Under the pieces are notes generated by a model that searched no databases, was not told the DNA's origin, and saw only the letters and a program-made list of their open reading frames with translations. The translations under genes were made by a program, and so were the position numbers. Shown in pieces: positions 1 to 11,446 of a stretch of 64,000 nt of DNA. The DNA is from Eledone cirrhosa. Its lineage: Eukaryota. Numbering within the stretch: position 1 is the stretch's first letter; every line of letters starts with the position of its first letter. The stretch lies in the NCBI GenBank assembly GCA_964016885.1, contig OZ024748.1:14570001-14634000 (forward strand), given 5' to 3'.

Positions 1-450
1 TAGCAAAAGAAATCAGCAAAGAGGGGGATAAATTCAATAGCTTACACTACACAAACTTTATATATTTTAGATATTTTCTATTCTATCTCTCTGGTCTTGT
101 TTACAAAGAAAGAAGTAATAAATAGAAAAACTAATATAGATTTTTTTACATATGGTTTTTTGGTTTATTTATATTTTTATACTTTTTCAATTGAAATGGA
201 AGGAAGCAAGCTGGGCAAAAATTGTTATCTGAACAATGCTCAATGGAACAGACACTTTTCATTCCAATTGCTGCTATCATATTGCAAGGGAATATATATA
301 TATATTTATATTGCATATGTTGTATACGTTAGAGGATATATATATATATACTTTATTTATAGTATATATATATCCTCTAACATATACAACATATGCAATA
401 TAAATATATATATATTCCCTTGCAATATATATATATATAAGTATGTATAC

Positions 451-522
<72 letters not shown>

Positions 523-655
523 ATGAGATAATATATATTTTATTGGTATATATATTTATATATTATTCGTGTATATTATATACAATAGAGAATATATACA
601 TATGCTCTATAAATTATATTGATATGTACATGTATATATATATTGTGTTTATACA

Positions 656-700
<45 letters not shown>

Positions 701-1500
701 ATGTATATAAACAAACTCTATCAACAACATAAATATATTGCGTAATCTCAAATTACAAGAGACACGCCATATAAAATATTTAGTTAAAACAAAACATACG
801 TTAGAATTTAAATCAATACACAATACAGTATAATAACAATTATAAAAACTAACCTACTATACTAGCATGGAGTCTACAAACTTCATGAAGCTGCAATTGT
901 CCGCATTTCTTGTTTTATATTATGTAGCTATCTATAATCATATATGAATGAACAAGACAGTTGACTAAAAAAGGGCTACAATAATGTGTGTATGAACACA
1001 TAACTCCACGTGATGGTGTCATAGGGGCATTTTAACATGGCAGAGTCCATCCCCTAGCTAGGTCTAAATGCTGTTGACTTTTTCTTTCAAAGATGTAGAG
1101 GGAGAGTGATACAGAGGAGGTGAGAAAGAGATATCGGGGAAAGTAGGGGCATTTTAACATGACAGGACTCATCCCCTCTCCAGATCTAAATGTTATTGAT
1201 TTTTTTTTTTCAGAGGAGTACTGGGAGTGATCAGAGTTAGAGAATGTGAGAAAGAGATATAGGGAAAGAACTGACCCCAGTAGTGAATTGGTACTTTTTT
1301 TTATCAACAGCAAAATAGCTGGAACAAATACTACAAAGCATTCTATCCAAAATTCTAATGGATTTGTCAGTTTGCTGCCTACCACAATAATGGTCAATCA
1401 CTATAAATAATAGTTGAGAAAATCAACTGGATATTAAGAAGAGTAGACACATGTGCAGGCAAGGAATCAAATCCCATCTCATTCCAGAGTAACAGGTTTA

Positions 1501-1905
1501 ACCTATAGAACAATTTGAACAGTTCTAAGACCAATCAGAATAAATGTGACAGTACTAAGACATGTGAGAAGATTTAGAACAGAACTAAAAGCAACCACAA
1601 CATTTAAAACAGTATTAAAACCAACCAGAATATTTAAAACAGTGCCAAGACCAACCAGAATATTTAAAACAGTACTAAGACCTATAGAACAATTAGGACT
1701 GTATTAAGACCAACCAGATCAATTAGAAGAGGATGAAGATCTACTAGACAATTAACAACAGTCCTAAGACCTATAAAACAATCAGAATAGTACTTAGACT
1801 CATGAAAATAATCACAACACTTCTAAAACCAATCAGATCAATTATATCAGTACTAAGACAACCCAATCAATTATAACAGTACTGAAACTAACCAGCTCAA
1901 TTAGA
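1501..1905. repeat. Degenerate 29-30-bp minisatellite (ccaaccagaatatttaaaacagtactaaga)
   Basis: About 13 diverged units. Confidence 0.8.
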
Positions 1906-2929
1906 GCTGAGAAATCAATAATTGGTTTAACACTAATAAGATACAAAAATACAATTATATAAATATTATAATTGCTGCTGAGATCAAAGATCAAAGAGTC
2001 GTATACTGAAAGTTGTTTCCTAAATAAATGAAGAATCTTTCCAGTAAATTCTTTGATTAATATTAACTTTACAATTAACTGTGAATATTTTGTTGTTAAC
2101 TGTGTGAATATATTTGCTTACAGTAGTCTATGTGTGGGTGCGTGGTCAATGCAGAGTATGTTTAGTGTGTGTAGTCGTGTGTATATGTATGTGTGTGTAT
2201 GTGTACGTGCATAGTGATGTGTGTGTATGGGTGGGTCGATGTGTAATGCAGTGGGTGTGTGTATGGGTGGGTGGATGTGTAATGCAGTGTGTGTGTGTAG
2301 TGATGTATGTGTGTAGTGGTGTGAGTGTATGAGTGTGTGCATGTGTATGTATGTGTGTGTATGTGTGGGTGATGTGTATATGTGTGTGTGCATAGTGGTG
2401 TATGTGTATGGGATGGTATGTAATGCAGTGTCTGTATGGGTGGGTGTGTAATGCAGGGTATGTGTAGTGATAGTGTCATGTGATGTGTGTAGTGGTGTAT
2501 GTGTGTAGTGGTGTGTGGGTATTTGTGTAGTGTCATGTATTGGTAGTGGTGTGTATATGTGTGTGTGTATGTATGTGTTTGTAGTGGTGTCTCTGTATGT
2601 GTGGGTGAAAGTGTAATACAGTGTGTGTGTGTGTATATAGTAGTATGTATATGTGTGTAATTAAGAACGGTTTTTCAAAGGTGATCAAAAAGAAATCACA
2701 GTTAAATAAGTTACTTAGACATTAGTAGAGTAAATTGATTATTTCAAACAAATGAAATAGTTCTAGATCAGTAGAAGGAATTGCTGTTCACTGGTAAAGA
2801 TAGTATAAACATTTGAATTAGGAGACCACATGAAACCACATGAAACCACAAAATATAAAGCATCTCTAAAACTGCATCCCATTAAAAAAAATGAACTCTT
2901 TACACTAATACTACAAATTTTCAAAATGA

Positions 2930-3235
2930 AACTGTGTATAAGAGGGATAGGTTGTGGTGTGTGAGAGAGAAGACTGTGATGGTATGGACATGTGATGCAG
3001 ATGGAGGATGACCGCTGGGTAAAGAAGTGCCAAGAAATCCCAGTAGAAGGAAGACGCAGTAGAGGAAGACCACAAAAAACATGGGCGGAGGTGGCGAGAG
3101 CAGACCTCAGATCGTTGAAGCTCATGGAGGAGATGACGAAGGACCGAGACAAGTGGAGAGATGCTGTGCTGAATAGGACCTGTCCCATCCTTGCAAGCAG
3201 GGAAAAGTGGACATAAAATGATGATGATGATGATG
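2930..3235 (+). mobile_element. RTE-clade LINE 3' fragment
   Basis: RRL*WYGHVMQMEDDRWVKKC...EGRRSRGRPQKTW...DRDKWR; (gat)n tail; 3' end shared with CORE-SINEs. Confidence 0.85.
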
Positions 3236-3699
3236 TGTCTACTAGTAAAAAGACTATAAAAATTTGAATTAACAAACAGCAAGGTGGTTGTGCTGGTGAC
3301 ACACCAAAAAGCACCCAGTCCACACTGTAACGTGGGTGGCATTAGGAAAGGGCATCCAGCTGTAGAAACCAAGCAAAAATATAGATCCATATGAGCATAA
3401 TGTCGTCCCGAGACCTGACTTGTCTCATAATGTGACAACCCATCTAACCCATGCAAGATTAGAAAAAGGGCATTGAATGATGAGGATGATGATGATGATT
3501 AGAAGATGTTAATAGTTAATGGTTTTAGAATTTTCTCATAATTTGCTGGTCTCATTTGGGAATCCAGCTGGATCAGTTGGTGATGGTTGCTTCTGACAGG
3601 ACCTGTTGAAAGGAGTGTTTGAAGACTCTTCCCCCACGACCCTCTCAAAAATAAGTAGTCGAAAAAGAAGACAAGAAGAGAATACCATAATATACTTAC

Positions 3700-3957
3700 A
3701 TTGGACAACTTTTTAAGTTTCTGATAGTCATATTACTTTCGCGAATCTCTTCCAGATTTGGACACTTAACTCCATCACCAAGAGACATTTGTAAAATTTT
3801 CCGTTTTCTTATAATGTGTGGTTTGTAAATAATTCCCTCAATGGATTGACAACCATCTCGGTACTCTTTCCATTCCATCCATTCCGAATAAACACAGTCT
3901 TGAGGTAATACACAACTTTGATAATCAGCATGGGTAATTCCTGAGTCCAAGCAATCT
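3700..3957 (-). CDS. THSD7: Next coding exon of the THSD7-like gene
   Basis: The acceptor tttcag|A at 3957 completes the AA codon from the 40217 exon (VPLK|DCLDSG). It continues YQSCVLPQDCVYSEWMEW...RKRKILQMSLGDGVKCPNLEE...KSCP. The donor is AT|gtaagt at 3700; 258 nt, phase 2-2. Confidence 0.9.
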
Positions 3958-4289
3958 CTGAAATAACAATAACAATAATGTTAATGGTAATAATAATAAT
4001 AACAATAATGATAATAATGATTTCTACTGTAGGCATAAGACCAGTAATTCAATTATTCAGAATGTAAAGGGCCATAACTCTATGCTGCAATGTATATTGT
4101 CTGACATTCTACCGATACTACCAATCCACCACCCTATAATAATTGTTTCTACATTAGGCACAAGGCCAGCAATTACCCAGTGCATTACCGGTACTTTATT
4201 TTATCGACCCCGTAAGGATGAAAGGCAAAGTCAACCTCGGTGGGATTTGAGCTCAGATCGTAAAGGGACGTAACTATGCAAACTGAATA

Positions 4290-4820
4290 ATTTACCTCAT
4301 TCTGAGAAATGGTATGAGCATAAGCCAGAGTCAGTGATAGAAAACGATTGGGTGAAGGTGCTGTGGGATTTCAGGATTCAAACAGACAAAGAATTAAAAC
4401 ACAATAGGTCTGACCTGGTGGTTTTTGACAAGGAAAAAGATCTTGCCTGATTATAGATGTAACTTGCCCATTTGACACACACAAGTGTACAAGAAAAGAA
4501 GGAGAAAATTAACTGGTACCAGGATCTAAAGTGGGAACTGAAAAGGATTTGGGACTGTCATGAGATCAATGTCATCCCTATCATCATACGAGGACAAGGT
4601 ACTACCTCGAAGAGTTTCCAAGGCTGGTTAAAGAACATTGGCTCAGCACCCTTTTTTTGTAACACTTTGAAAGGCATGCCCACTGGGCACAACATGGACC
4701 CACCAATACATGCTGAATATCTGAGGCTGCAGGTAGTGGCTTGATGTTAATTAGGGTAAATTTTCTGGTTAAATAACATCATTGACTGAGATATTAAATT
4801 CATAATGATGATAATAATAA
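4290..4820 (+). mobile_element. R4/Dong-clade non-LTR retrotransposon 3' fragment (restriction-like endonuclease)
   Basis: Frameshifted KWYEHKPESVIEND..VLWDFRIQTDKELKHNRSDLVV / CLIIDVTCPFD / EKINWYQDLKWELKRIW...VIPIII; ends in (taa)n. Confidence 0.85.
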
Positions 4821-6165
4821 TTTCTTTTAATGGCCCAGGATATTGTGGACAATACAAGGACAAATACAACACAAAATGAGTATTACATCAAGTAAAGGAA
4901 AGAGGACAAAACTCACGTGAAAACAGTCAGATGACAATAATAAAAAATTGTAATAAATATACATAAAAACAGAAAATAACAACAACAAAAATTGAAAGAA
5001 AAAGATAGAGAAAAACAATAACAAACGTTAACAAGGACAAGTTCCCGAATAATGGGGGACTGCAAGTTTAGGGCAATACCAGGTAGAAAGCCCACATTAA
5101 AGCCCTGGATTACTATTTTACTTCATGGGCTTTATAAGTGTCCTCTCCTCGTTTCTTTCCCCCTACTTAGAAAAGCAATGTCAGATTAGGCCCATTCACT
5201 CACATTAATTTTGCCACTCTCTTCTATCTTTCAATTTGGTAAATTTACGAAGTATTGGAGAATTTGAAATTTCAAAATATGGTCACTTTTTATTTTATTT
5301 TATTTGTAAGCCTTCGCAATGCAGATAGCTATAAATATTAGTTAAATTAATTCAAGTAAAGTACCATTAGAGACAACAAAAAGAGAGCAAAAGTTTTAAT
5401 GCAGAAACGAAAATAAAAGTGTCTGTATCAGGCCTAGCATGTTAAATTGAATGGTTATAATGTGTTGTTGCGTTGAGCAAGGAATCTTCAGTCATGTCAA
5501 GGACATGACAACCTCTGTACAGTTTGTGATCTACATGATAAACGTACTCAGTACACATTGTAAAGTGATTAGTGATAGGAAGAGCATCCAGCTATAGAAA
5601 GCTTGCCAAACAAAGGGTCAGGAGGACATTTCATTCATCACAAGGACATGACAACCTCCCTACTGTTGGTGATCTACATAATAAATGCACTCAGTACATG
5701 TTGTAAAGTGGTTGGTGATAGCAAAGACTTGCAGGCATAGAAGGCTAGCCTAACAAAGGATTGGGAGGACCCTCACTTATGTCAAAGATGTGACAACATC
5801 CTCTGTGCACTCGATAGAATGTGAGACTGTACATAAGTAAGAAGACAGATCCTTGGCTTGTCTGGGAGATCTGTAGCCACTGCTTCACTACTGACTTGGT
5901 CTATGTAGACCCGTCCAACCCTTGCTAGCAGGGAAAGCAGACTTTAAAATGATGATGATGATGATGATAGGGCTGGGTTCCCTATCATTAAAACGTCTGT
6001 GTAATCTCAAGTGACATGCAACCATGTCAGAGACCAGCTAACGACCTCCTCGAAATTGTACATCTATACCAACTACCCTATCTCATCCTATTTGATGATC
6101 ACTCTCTATACACACCTGATAATAAAACCAAAGCAAATAATTAAATTTTGAATTATGCAGTTTAA

Positions 6166-6395
6166 CCATTTTGATTCTAACACAGCCAAGACTAACCATT
6201 TCTATAAAATAAAACCATTCATTTTAAAGGGTTACTATTTAAATCAAAATCTTCTAAGATAATATTACATTAGAAACATATGTTAAGTTATTATCTTAAT
6301 AATGAAATAATTAATACTTTTAGTAATTCCTTGAAAATTCTTCATTAATTAATTGAAATAGAGTGTATTTCATTCAACATGTGGTCACAAGAGGG
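6166..6395. mobile_element. Older TTAA-flanked MITE family; degenerate relatives near 9595-9846, 37866-38088, 42170-42560, 55345-56187
   Basis: ttaa|ccattttgatt ... gtcacaagaggg|ttaa; recurring motifs tttctaatgaaagacactg and gaaaataatcaagaatt in the relatives. Confidence 0.5.
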
Positions 6396-6914
6396 TTAAA
6401 ACTTTATGGAAAATCTCAATAGTAGATTTAATATGTTCGCATTACATATGAAAGTCTCTCTTCTCATTCTACTGTCACTTTAGCAACAGGTGTGATAAAT
6501 GCCAGTCTATAAAAATGTGTTAATTATATAGTAGAAGTATTTATTACAACATTCCACCTCAATTCACAGTGAATGGAGGAAAGTAAGCAACTATTGAAAG
6601 CTGTTTAGTGAAAGTAAAACAAAAATATGAACCATCATTATTTATTAAGGGCGGTGGATTGGCAGTATCAGTAGAGGGTCGGACGCCATGCTTTGCAGCA
6701 CAGTTACGTCCCTTTACGTACTGAGTTCAAAACCCGCCGAGGTTAACTTTGCCTTTCATCCTTAAGGGGTCGATAAAATAAAGTACCAGTAATACACTGG
6801 GATAATTGCTGGCCTTGTGCCAAAAGTAGAAACAATTATTTATTGTGCTCATAAAAATACTTTGATATATATATGCAAGCAGGGAAAAGTGGACGTAAAA
6901 TGATGATGATGATG

Positions 6915-6950
<36 letters not shown>

Positions 6951-6964
6951 TACATATATACATT

Positions 6965-7301
6965 ATACACACACGCGCAAATGCATCCGCAGAGACAGAG
7001 ACAAAAATAGATAAATAAAATAAAATAAAAATAGCATGAACACAACAAAATAGGAGGAAACATGATAATAGTACCACTGATGATGTTGCAGATGTGCAAC
7101 GAAAGAACTTTGTTAGACTATATATATATATATTTATATCTGTATTTTTAACCGTTGGTCAGTCAATGATAAATATTGATTGCCAAATAAATTAACTATG
7201 GATATATAAAAGATGCAGAAGCAAAACCCAATCAAACAGTAAATGTGTTCTGTTATTATTTCTGGCAATATTATTACAACAATATGACACCCCCCAAGTA
7301 T

Positions 7302-7308
<7 letters not shown>
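6965..7308 (+). mobile_element. Diverged solo terminal repeat of the same Penelope-like family, with hammerhead-like motif at 7068-7121
   Basis: Colinear with ~17370-17728; contains CTGATGA-T-GTTGCA/TGCAAC-GAAA; ends in (TA)n. Confidence 0.8.
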
Positions 7309-7343
<35 letters not shown>

Positions 7344-7354
7344 TGGTACGTATA

Positions 7355-7485
7355 TGAGAATCAATAGTGGAGCTAGAGAATAAATTCTGGCTATGGAAAC
7401 AGCAGTTGGAATCAAGAGGACTGAAAGTAAACCTAGCCAAGACAAAGGTGTTGATAAGTAGGAAAGTGGACAAAACTGATTCCAT
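7355..7485 (+). mobile_element. RTE-like reverse transcriptase fragment
   Basis: ESIVELENKFWLWKQQLESRGLKVNLAKTKVL. Confidence 0.65.
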
Positions 7486-7537
7486 CAATTCCATTTATTA
7501 AAATCAAGGTACTTGCTGAATAAATACATAAACTTAT

Positions 7538-7578
<41 letters not shown>

Positions 7579-7859
7579 TTTATGCATTTGTTCAGCAAGT
7601 AACTTCATTTTAAATCATATGTTGAAACTGATAATGTTATATTTAGGAATGGCTTTTACCAATTGAACACATGCACCATATAACTTTATCTTTATTCTTC
7701 CATCAAAGCTCTTTTGTCACACCAATATGTGACCTTCTCAATGACTATCAATATTTTGTGCCTCTTCTGAAATGTAAGATCAGAAAAAGAAGAGGACCAA
7801 AATAGCAAGTCATTGAGGAGGTCAAAGATTGGTGTGACAAAAGAGCTTTGATGTAAGAA

Positions 7860-8251
7860 TAAAGATAAAGTGAAAGTTATATGGTTCGTGTGTACAATTG
7901 GCAAAATCACTATCGACTGAGCATGGATGTGTTGAGAGAGAAACTGTGTCTGAGAGGGATAAATTGTAGTGTGTGGGAGAGGAGACTGTGATGGTATGGA
8001 CATGTGATGCACACAGAGGATGACCGATGGGTGAAGAAGTGCCAAGGAATGCCAGTTGAAGGAAGACCACAAAAAACATGGGCGGAGGTGGTGAGAGCAG
8101 ACCTCAGATAGTTGAAACTAATGGAGCAGATGACGAAGGACTGTGACAAGTGGAGAGGTGACAAGTGGAGAGATGGTGTGCTGAATAGGATCTGTCCCAC
8201 CCTTGCAAGCAGGCAGGGAAAAGCAGACGTAAAATGATGATGATGATGATG
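7860..8251 (+). mobile_element. RTE-clade LINE 3' fragment
   Basis: Colinear with 2930-3235; (gat)n tail. Confidence 0.85.
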
Positions 8252-10110
8252 AAGTATTCATAGTATGGAGAGTAGGAAGACCACAGATCAATGTAGTAAT
8301 AAAGTTTAAAGCTTATTAATTTTTCAGACAAGCCCCCCCCCCCCCCCCCCCTGCTTATTAGGTTTTGCTAATCTATCTCCAGCGAAATGTTATTGTAAGT
8401 GATTCATATTGATACAGCAGGTAGAGAATCAAATAATAATTTTATTCTACATTAAAAAAAATTATATACGAAAAAAAAAAAAAGAGAACGTTACAAGTAT
8501 TTACCAACGTTCACAATACAATTAACAGGAGCTTTCCTGGGCCTTTTAATGATAGTGGCCCCAGTCCTAGCATGTTGTAATAACCCACACCTATGCTGAT
8601 GTAGCTGGCTACTTATGTGGTTTTATCATATGGGATATTTTGTAAGGGTTTTTTAATGATAATACTGCAATGTTTCACAATGATTTGTTCAGTAGTAAAG
8701 ATACTATAAACATCTGAATTAACAAACCTATTATTAGATATTTTCTCTTGCATCAATACATGATGTTAAGATTCAATTTAGCAACCAAGCTACACAACAT
8801 TATTTTTAGCATATGTCACTGCATCACATTAAATATGAACGCCATGCTTTGATGCAAGACATTATATTGCAAATCCCGCCGAGGTTAACTTTGCCTTTCA
8901 TCCTTACGGGGTCGATAAAATAAAGTACCAGTAATGAACTGGGTAATTTCTGGTGTTGTGCCAATAGTAGAAACAAATATGAACATTGTTATTACTATAC
9001 ATTTTTCCAATGATCCAACGATTAGTAAAGACACTATAATCATTTGGAGTAAACCCATTTTTAGATATTTTCTGCTAATGGTATGGTTATGGGCCCATAA
9101 TTCCAGATGTAGTCATGGGTGTGCTGACGTGGCATACGGCATTTGGCAGCAGAGCCCATCACTCTCCAGGTCAGAAGACAGCAGATTTCTTCTAAAGAGT
9201 GTAAGAATGGAAGTGATATAGAGGAAGAATCGATCCCTGTGTTATAGTGGTACTTTTTTTCATCAATCTCGAAAAGATGAAAGGTAAAGTTAACCTCGGC
9301 AGTATTTGAACTCTAAGTGCAGGAACATATAACCACAAAACATTCTATCTGATGTTCTAATGACTGCCAATTCACTAACTATTATTTGCAAAATCATCAC
9401 ATAAAAACAAGAGTGGTCAATCTGCTGAGCTTCCACATTCATTATCACAGAAAGTCTTTGGTCAACAAGAGAATATGGTAGAAGACACTTGCCCAAGAGC
9501 TGACTGCAGAACCATGTAGTTAGGAAGCAAAATTCTTTGTGTACAGAAATTCTAATAAAGGATTCAGAAAAAAATTGCTATCTATTCTTGGCTCTTTCAT
9601 TACCAAGTTTCTCATGAAAGACATTGCCTATAATTTTCAAATTGTTTTTCAAAAATAATCGATAATTTGGAGGAATTTAGTAATACAACAAACTTTTTCA
9701 ATAAGTTAGTGTTTGGAATATAAGTTAACAAAGTGTCTTCCATATGATTATAAAGGCGGATTTTAGATAAATATAAAAGCTTTTAAATAAGCAACTTTGT
9801 ATCAACGAGCCAGGGGTGGTTTCATGTTGCTTGGTAACAAAAGGTTTAATGAATAATTTTTACTGAATTGTGGTTGTTGAAAATCCTTTATTCCCGTTAG
9901 AACAAATTCTTAGATGAACCGAAATATCTATTTTCCAGTTATTTAAATTCCAATAAGTAGAATTATGCAATCTTCTCCAGAATAGCAATATTGATAAACT
10001 AATTACTCAACAGGTTTTCATACACAATACAATTTCCTATATATATATATATGTATACACACATACATATGTACACATATATGTATGTGTATATATACAT
10101 ATATATATAC

Positions 10111-10150
<40 letters not shown>

Positions 10151-10183
10151 GTATGTATATATATATATATATATATACATATG

Positions 10184-10230
<47 letters not shown>

Positions 10231-10236
<6 letters not shown>

Positions 10237-10573
10237 ATACTTGGGGAGGGTCATATTTGTGTAATATTGCCAGAATTAATAACAGAACACACTCACTGTT
10301 TGGTTGGAAAGATGGCGTAAACATAAATGCAACGGGAGGAAACATAATAGCAATACTGACGATGTTGCAGATGTCTAACGAAAGAACTTTGATAGACTAT
10401 AAATATGTGTTTGTGTCTATATTGTATCTGTATTTTTGACCGTTGGTCAGTCAATGGAACATTGAGGACCGAATAAATTAAATTAACCGATATAAAAGAC
10501 ACAGAAGCGAAAACCAACCAAACAGTGAGTGTAAATTTCATATCAAAAGCCTCGCAAAACTAATTCATCGCCG

Positions 10574-10575
<2 letters not shown>
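10231..10575 (+). mobile_element. Short copy of the Penelope-like family: inverted repeat end, terminal repeat, tail
   Basis: 10231-10307 is an inverted copy of the repeat 3' end. It is followed by a sense repeat with CTGACGA (10356) and GAAA (10380), then the tail cctcgcaaaactaattcatcgccgtt. (TA)n on both sides. Confidence 0.85.
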
Positions 10576-10613
<38 letters not shown>

Positions 10614-11317
10614 TGTTAGTCATTTAACAAGCCTTAGTTTTTACTAAACTTAGAAGGAATAATGAAGACAACTGTCTGAGCTCTGTTTCAATATCAGAGA
10701 AGGTAAATTACTTATTTTAAATTGCTGTGTATGTGGTAAATTGAAAGAAACATTATTGCTACTAGTAGTTTGTGTTACTGATGAAATGAAAAATATTTAG
10801 CTGCTTCAACAAACTTTAACAAAGCTATATTCATGAAATATAAATGCCAGTTCATTGCATTCTTAATTTGAAATTTTATTTACATTTTTTTATCATATTT
10901 AAAAGAGCTGATTGTATTTATTTTCATGAAACTGTTTTGCAATGAAAAAATAATTCGAACTGATCCTTTTTTACCTTTGTTTTATTCATGACTCTTGTGC
11001 TAAAAGAGGCACCACACCTTTTTCCTGATATCACAGAAAATTATCTGTGTATTTGTTGTAGCTTAATTGCTATAAATTTTCTCTTACTCCACTGAAACAG
11101 AGTTTAGCTTGAGTCAGACGCTGTGACCTAGGATGGACCAGCAATACCGGTGATAGAGGTTGAAACTGCCAAGACACTTTGTCCATTTGCATTTTTGTTT
11201 TATTAATAAATTTTTTAAGGTTTCCTCTTAAAAATTTGATTTTTCTTTTGCCTTGTTTCCTTTCATTGTCTTGTCCTCTCTTTGTTAATTTTCTTCAGTT
11301 TATATATATATATATAT

Positions 11318-11446
11318 AAATCAGGATAGAACAAGTTTGAAACTAGTTAGACCTTTACTCAACAGAGTACTTGATACTTAGTGTAGTAGAGTATGGATAT
11401 ATTATAAAGAAACGCCAAGAGCTCAGCTATTGGGTCCTGACTCATT
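11318..11446. mobile_element. Degenerate family A/B hairpin element
   Basis: cagagtacttgatacttagtgtagtagag (inverted tail) and gaaacgccaagagctcagctattgggtcctga (arm), between TA runs. Confidence 0.5.
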
